Part shown: piece after piece, positions 1 through 64,000 of the stretch
Layout: each line of letters starts with the position of its first letter
Numbering within the stretch: the stretch's first letter is position 1
Assembly: GCA_963693365.1 (NCBI GenBank)
Contig: CAVNZM010000001.1
Location: 208,344 to 272,343 of the forward strand
DNA: 64,000 bases
Reading direction: 5' to 3'
Source: Amoebidium appalachense
Taxonomy: Eukaryota > Protista > Ichthyosporea
Program-made: the position numbers and the translations under genes
The notes under the pieces: generated by a model
What the model was told of the DNA's origin: nothing
Databases searched by the model: none
The model's input: the letters and a program-made list of their open reading frames with translations, nothing else

Positions 1-373
1 TAAACCTTAATAACATCCTTTGACTCCTAAGGGAGCAGGTCTCTGAATCCTTCGAGGCCGAAGGATCTTGAGGGGGGAGTGATGTGGTGTGACTGAAGCA
101 CACACGGTTGGGAATCCCTGCCCTAGGAACCAATGATATGGATGTAATGATTATATATATGGATAGCCTAGCTGAGCCCTGATCCCAGAGTACATGTATG
201 ACCGTCACTCCTGAGCGGCCCGGTCTCAGTTGTCAGTCTGAGTCTGAGCTGTATGAGTCTTGCATTATTAAAGATGGGTCACAGGTTAAGACATAACCCG
301 AGACTCTATTAAGAGCACATAGCACACAGACCACCACAGGGAACCACCGAGAACCACATACACCCATATAACA
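1..373 (+). mobile_element. 3' end of a probable LTR retrotransposon: polypurine tract followed by a ~290-bp LTR
   Basis: PPT-like GAGGGGGGAG at 70-79 immediately precedes TGTGG at 83. The segment ends in ..ATATAACA (373, or 378), giving TG...CA. It contains a TATATATA box (~152-160) and an ATTAAA signal (~267-272). The partner LTR and pol lie outside the window, so they are not verified. Confidence 0.55.
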
Positions 374-1042
374 TAACAAGGGGGTTAACGTTTTCTCTAT
401 GCCGCAGTAAAGTAAAGGATCTATCGGCCACCAGTGCCGCACAATCAATATTGCATACATGCAAGCATGTGACTACTAGAACGAATAACTGAGTTTTTTG
501 GCACACACACACACACACACACAATTTTGTCATCCAGCAGGGGTGCAGGGGGGTGGGGGGGGGGGGGGGGGGGGGCGGGGGGGGGATATCCAAAATGTGT
601 GTAAAGCTTAAGGGCTTCATTATCATGAAGGTTTTATATGCATGGATATGTGCCACGGTGTGTAATTAAGGTTTTGTGTGTGTGTGTGTCACGTGTGTTT
701 GTGTGTCAGTGTTTGTGCACGTGCATGCCACTGTATTTTAACTAGGCCTAATAAACAACCAACAAATCATTAAATCAACTTCTCAAAATAGTAACTTTAG
801 AACCTACGAACATAATAACCGAAAAATCTCAGAAGGCAACCGTACATTCAGGGTTTACGATTCTGAAGTGCTTTCGGCTGCCGTTTCCCATTTGCACAGA
901 AATATCTGAACGGTGTATTCAGAGGCAGCCGTCCGTCGTGCACATGCTTATATATAACCCCCCCCCCCCCCCCCCCCCCCCGGCCTCTCTCCCAAAGCTT
1001 CCGGCCTTCGTAAGGTCGCATGCTTGTGTGTTTTTTTTTTTT

Positions 1043-1157
<115 letters not shown>

Positions 1158-1694
1158 GTGGGTTGTGTAATTATGGAACACCGCAACGCGTGACTGTACG
1201 TGCTATGGGCGTGTGCGTGTAGTTACCCCATCTGGCAAATTTTATTGCCGCAGGAACCCTGTTACTACCCGGGCCGATGAAACACCGTGACACCTCCGGT
1301 GCAACCCAGCACTAGGTATCTACAGTATGGTGTATGTATCATACTAATAAAACAAACAGCAAATAAGTGCAGAAATACCGTACCCATTTGGTGCGAATAA
1401 ATACAGGTCACTGGAAACCCTAAAATCACTGCGCTAGCACTACTAGTACTCCCAATCCTCCACTTGATTCGTGTCGCAAGGCAGTTCTTTTTTTCAAGCA
1501 CTAGCATGATTCTTTTGTATTTCATCAGGTTTATGAAATCTTTCTTCTTTATTTTGTGTTTACATGTGTGGGTAATACTATGACCAGTGCTCGTGCCGTC
1601 TGTCATCACATCATTTTGTCATACATGTTGCAACCTGCATGGCCTTAGGCACACCCCGGCTCTTGCATATAGGTATCGAACACTATTGCTTAGG

Positions 1695-1736
<42 letters not shown>

Positions 1737-1986
1737 GTCCCCGTGGAAATGGATCGGGCACGCGGCGACCCCTGATCACGTCACAGTCATAAAGTATACT
1801 GATGTATTTAGAAAAATTACTCTAAATTAGGTGAGCAGCAACCCCCCCTCCCCCTTTTTCCTGCTCGTTCCAACACTGTCACAGTGCATAACGATTCAAA
1901 AAAACACACGAGAAGCAGACAATATTTACAGCAGCATAAAGCAACTTGCCCGGTGCAATCAATCCTGTCACACGATCATTTCGTGC

Positions 1987-21002
<19,016 letters not shown>

Positions 21003-21423
21003 GTTCTCGTGTGAGCTAGATTACACGAGGTTAAGTTTGAGTGAAAACAGCAATGCCTAACAGGTAAAACCTAAGTAGGCACTTATTTTGTACGAATACG
21101 TCCGGACGTCCGCCGCGGCACGAATTTCGGTTTGCACGTGTACACTGAAACATCAGCTGGGTGATTGCGCAAACAAAACACGCGCCAATCATTTGTCCGA
21201 TGGGAGTTACACACGAAACCATTTCAATTGAGTTTGGAACCGCTTTGTTTACTGTGTTGTTAGCCCTAAGGATGGCGTTTTAATCATCATTGAACCAATA
21301 GAACTGGGAACAAAGCGTTGTCATTATTGTCAGTAATTTTGTGGTCAGCCTCCCTCTGTAAGGGGGGCTCTTTGCGCCCTTTTACGGCGTGGAAACGGCT
21401 GAGGCGGGCTTCGACTAGTAAAC
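21003..21423. promoter_or_regulatory. Bidirectional promoter region shared by WDR3 and ATAD2
   Basis: 421 bp between the divergent ATGs; free of microsatellites and rich in CpG. Contains GATTGCGCAAA (21163-21173), CGCGCCAATC (21181-21190; E2F-like overlapping CCAAT) and a further CCAAT at ~21295. Confidence 0.65.
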
Positions 21424-49376
<27,953 letters not shown>

Positions 49377-49934
49377 TGGCAACATACCTCCACCACATTA
49401 ACTATATGACACCATCAAACACGGGCCTTTAGGTTATTGGGTTGTATTTAAGATGTATGCAGTAAGCACCACTTCTAACCTTGTGATGATTCTATAACGA
49501 GTTCTCGTTTGCTTGTAGAATGAATGTTTAAGCTTAGTTGAACGGGTATGAATGCCTGCATGTCGAAAAGCACAGAACAAATGGTGTTTGGAGAGTACAG
49601 AGAATGCTTATTCATAATTGTTTTCGTCCTTACTCGAACAACCATTCTGCTCTTCTTCTTGATTTAGCCCGTATTGCCTTCGAATTCATTAAGAATTTTA
49701 CCCTTGGCCTGTAATGTCATCGCGTTTTTGTCTTGGGTTGTGATAGAATGGTCCCTAAGATTTGCTGCTGATTGATATCATTCTGCTGAATTCTGTATGA
49801 AGACTTCTGAACGGCGATGGTAATGCGACGTGTTTTCAGTAAATTTAAAATCAGCTTGGTCTGTGATCTGCTTCCTACTCTTGAGGATTGCTATACAGGT
49901 CCCGCTGACGCCAGGGGATTTCTTTTTTGTCGTT

Positions 49935-49969
<35 letters not shown>

Positions 49970-51185
49970 CACTAAACGAACTGCTGGTGAGTGGTTGCTG
50001 ATAGGTGCATGCCTTTTGGTTGTGCTAGTGATGTACAGAAGGATTGGGGTGAAACCAGGTGTGTGGGTTTGTTTGTTTGTTTGTTTGTTTTGTTTTGTTT
50101 TGTTTTCGTTTTTTTTTTTGTTTTGTTTGTTTTTTGTTTTTGTTTTTTTTTGTTTTTTTTTTTGGGGGGGGGGGGGAATACACAAGCCTTTTGAATCACC
50201 TCATAGCAGCAGTTCATTAACATGTAGAGACTAATCACATCGGACCAAGTGCAACCAATCGACAACAAAACAGCAGCAGGGGGGATGACGTTGACGCCGA
50301 GACGACCGGTTTTGCCCAATTATAACAGCTTGCAATCATGATGGCAATTTTGTGTAGGCTTATCAGCTGCTTTCGACAGCTACCCTGGCCTGCAGCTGGC
50401 CCCTTTCTGCCGTATGTAGTTAGTTACCAACGGCCTTTCAAACCTTGCAGCAGTGGCCGGATTTGTCTGGCCCCTGCTCCCTGGCCGCACTGGTCCGGCC
50501 ATGCTGCTGCAGCGCTCCAAAGTATCTCATAATACGTTGTACACGTAGCACACAGGTGCACATACGCACACACATGCACGATGTCAAGCACGCACACAGG
50601 TTAATTACACTTATGTGCACGCATTTTCACATGTCAATTGTATGCAGACAGAGCAGTTAGTAATACCTGTTCACCACCACCACACACACTAGTCACCCGC
50701 GGGTGATTATTAATTTTTTTTGAGGACCGTGCCCTCCCCCCCCCCCCCCCCCCCCCCCCCCTCCCTCCCTCCCTCCCCCCTCCCCGCCTGAACTCGAAAA
50801 AATAAAAAAACCCCAACTAAATGTGGGGACGACTCTGCATATATGTACATGTACGCAGTATAGATCTATATACTGTCTAGAACACCGGGGGTGGCAGATA
50901 TTCTGAAGTATGACAATGGCGGTACCCCCCCCCCCCCCCCCCCCCCCCCCCCCACCCCCCACCCACCCACTTGATCATGATGCGGTGAGGGCCACCGTAG
51001 CGGTGTCGGGCCATGAAGCCTTAGCTAATTGTCTCGCACTATAATTGTGCTTGTGCTTCAAGTTACTAATCGTTTATTTAATGTTTTCACGGAATTGGGG
51101 GGGGGGGGGGGGGGGGAGGATTCAAAGGGAAGGGTTTTCCATTTAAAACCCAACGTTGACCGGTACCGTACTTGAATAAGAAGCT

Positions 51186-51242
<57 letters not shown>

Positions 51243-51841
51243 GGGGCAACACACACGGACACACACACCACCACCACCACCACCACCACCCGTACTGTAA
51301 CAGTAATCCTTATAATCGTAGGCCAGGGCCTGTGCAATTGTTTCAATGGGGAACGGGAAAAAAAGGGGGGGGGGAGGGAGGGGCGGTTCCTATTTAAATC
51401 CCTACTGGTACCGTACTTAAAGCTGCGGCCCCCCCTCCCCCAAACACACACGCACACATATCATACACAGTATCGTGATCACACCACCACTCCCACGTAC
51501 CACCCACCCATATACCCAACTCACAAATAGATCACCCTCCCCCAACGGCAGGGTGATTCACCCCCAATATATATCTGGGGAATATTCGTGATCATGATGT
51601 GACTATAAAAAATCAATTAACACCCTCACCAGCTGCGCAATGCCAATGGCATGCAGCTGCTTCAATTAATAGTATTATCCATAGTCAGAGATCAAATGCC
51701 ACCATGATGACAGGTTTAGACCGTGGCGCTGTCTTCACTCCCTTCGAAATTGGAATTCCCTAGGCATAGCTATAGCTAAAAGTGAAGCGCCATTGGCCAG
51801 GCTGTACACTACGGACATTTATCATGAAGCCCAAGCCAGCC

Positions 51842-51874
<33 letters not shown>

Positions 51875-52362
51875 CCCGTTCACTGAACGCAATGCACACA
51901 CACGTCACGTAATCGCAGACACACACACACACATAAGTACGCATTCACACACGGAGCACACAGATCACACATGGGTCACACATTGTCCGACAAATGACAT
52001 GGTGCATGCATGCCTACAGTGAGAGCACCTTTAGATTTACACATGAGGGTTGCATGGCGCGTGCACACAAACACACGTGTCACACGGACACACACACACA
52101 CACACACACGCACACGTGTCACACACACACACACACACATGTACACACACACACACGCACACATGTGCGCGAGCGTGCGCGCGCCGCGCACAGTGGTAGT
52201 CGTAGTATGCGTGCACACGTCGCACTCAAGGCACGCACTGCATGGAGCTGTTTTCAAATTTTCTCATGTAAGAAGAGCACTCAACGACGGTTTATTTCAA
52301 CAGCATCATGCACAACATGATAGCAACATGCAGTCACATCCATAATTGTCACTAGTAGGCAT

Positions 52363-52368
52363 TTTATT
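52363..52368 (-). promoter_or_regulatory. Candidate polyadenylation signal of SND1
   Basis: AATAAA on the minus strand about 60 nt downstream of the TGA stop. Confidence 0.45.
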
Positions 52369-52427
52369 ACTAAAAAAAAGCAGGCACAGATTTTCTAGCG
52401 TCTAACACTGTCTTGAAGTAACAGCAT

Positions 52428-63360
<10,933 letters not shown>

Positions 63361-63624
63361 CTGGGAGAAGGGGGTGTATGGGGGGTGCATAGAACGTCAG
63401 GGGAACGATGGGTGTGCGTGGGTGGGTGGGGGGGAAGGGCAATAAAGGAGAGGAGTGGTGTTGAAAAACAAGAGCGAAAAGTGTGTGTGTGTATGTGTGT
63501 GTGTGTGCGCGTGCGCGTGATAGAGAGAGGGGGAAAGAAGGATAGAGAGAGAGAAAGCATATGTGAGTGGGTGTGTGGTGGTTTTTTTTTTTGTTTTTTT
63601 TTTAGACGGGGGAGGGGGGGGGGG

Positions 63625-63810
63625 TTTTGAATGCGTCAAAAAGTACGAAGTACACAAGAACAAACGGATAACACGATGCAGAATGCAAGCCATACATAAA
63701 GAGTATGCATAATAAGCAGAGCCCATCCTCAGGGGGGGCCCACGTCATCCACAGTACCCGAGTTTCGACCTATTCCCCTCGTTAACGAAACCCAACTCAG
63801 ATACTGTTTC
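63625..63810 (-). mobile_element. Family B, longest copy (body plus head hairpin)
   Basis: G-run|TTTTGAATGCGTCAAAAAGTACGAAGTAC...ATAAGCAGAGCCCATCCTCAGGGGGGGCCCACGTCATCCACAGTACCCGAGTTTCG...CGAAACCCAACTCAGATACTGT. Confidence 0.75.
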
Positions 63811-64000
63811 ACTTGAACATGAGTAGGTCACCCGTCTTGATCAGAGACGAGCAGGGTTGCTTATGCAGGCAAGGGCAGTGGGAAAGGCCGGGGGTTAAAG
63901 TTGCAGGGGAGGGGGGGGGGGGGAATTTTGTCGGAGGCTAGCAAGGGATGCCTTGATGCTATGCTCCAGTCAGCTGTGCTATTGTTGACCCGTGAGGCTT

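Overview
Eukaryotic, very intron-dense genomic DNA. The proteins look opisthokont/holozoan, but the organism cannot be identified from the sequence. Almost all entries in the ORF track are translations of microsatellites or homopolymers and are not genes. By reading splice sites and phases by hand I assembled three spliced genes. (1) WDR3/UTP12 (SSU processome WD40 protein), minus strand, 21002->1987, 20 exons, about 931 aa. (2) ATAD2/YTA7-like AAA+ ATPase/bromodomain protein, plus strand, 21424->49376, 37 exons, about 1471 aa, head-to-head with WDR3 across 421 bp. (3) The 3' two-thirds of Tudor-SN/SND1, minus strand, >63360->52428, 16 exons in the window, including a GC-AG intron. Non-coding DNA holds the 3' end of a probable LTR retrotransposon, two related AT-flanked TIR elements, a TTAA-flanked MITE, another MITE and a perfect 39-bp tandem array. 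The most unusual signal is two related families of short dispersed intronic elements (about 17 copies). Most have one fixed end abutting a poly(G)/poly(C) run, the other end is variably truncated, all are co-oriented with the host pre-mRNA, and they share a CTGAnGA-TGGGCTCTG / CGAAAC / hairpin module. They are a candidate poly(C)-tailed or poly(G)-targeting retroelement system.
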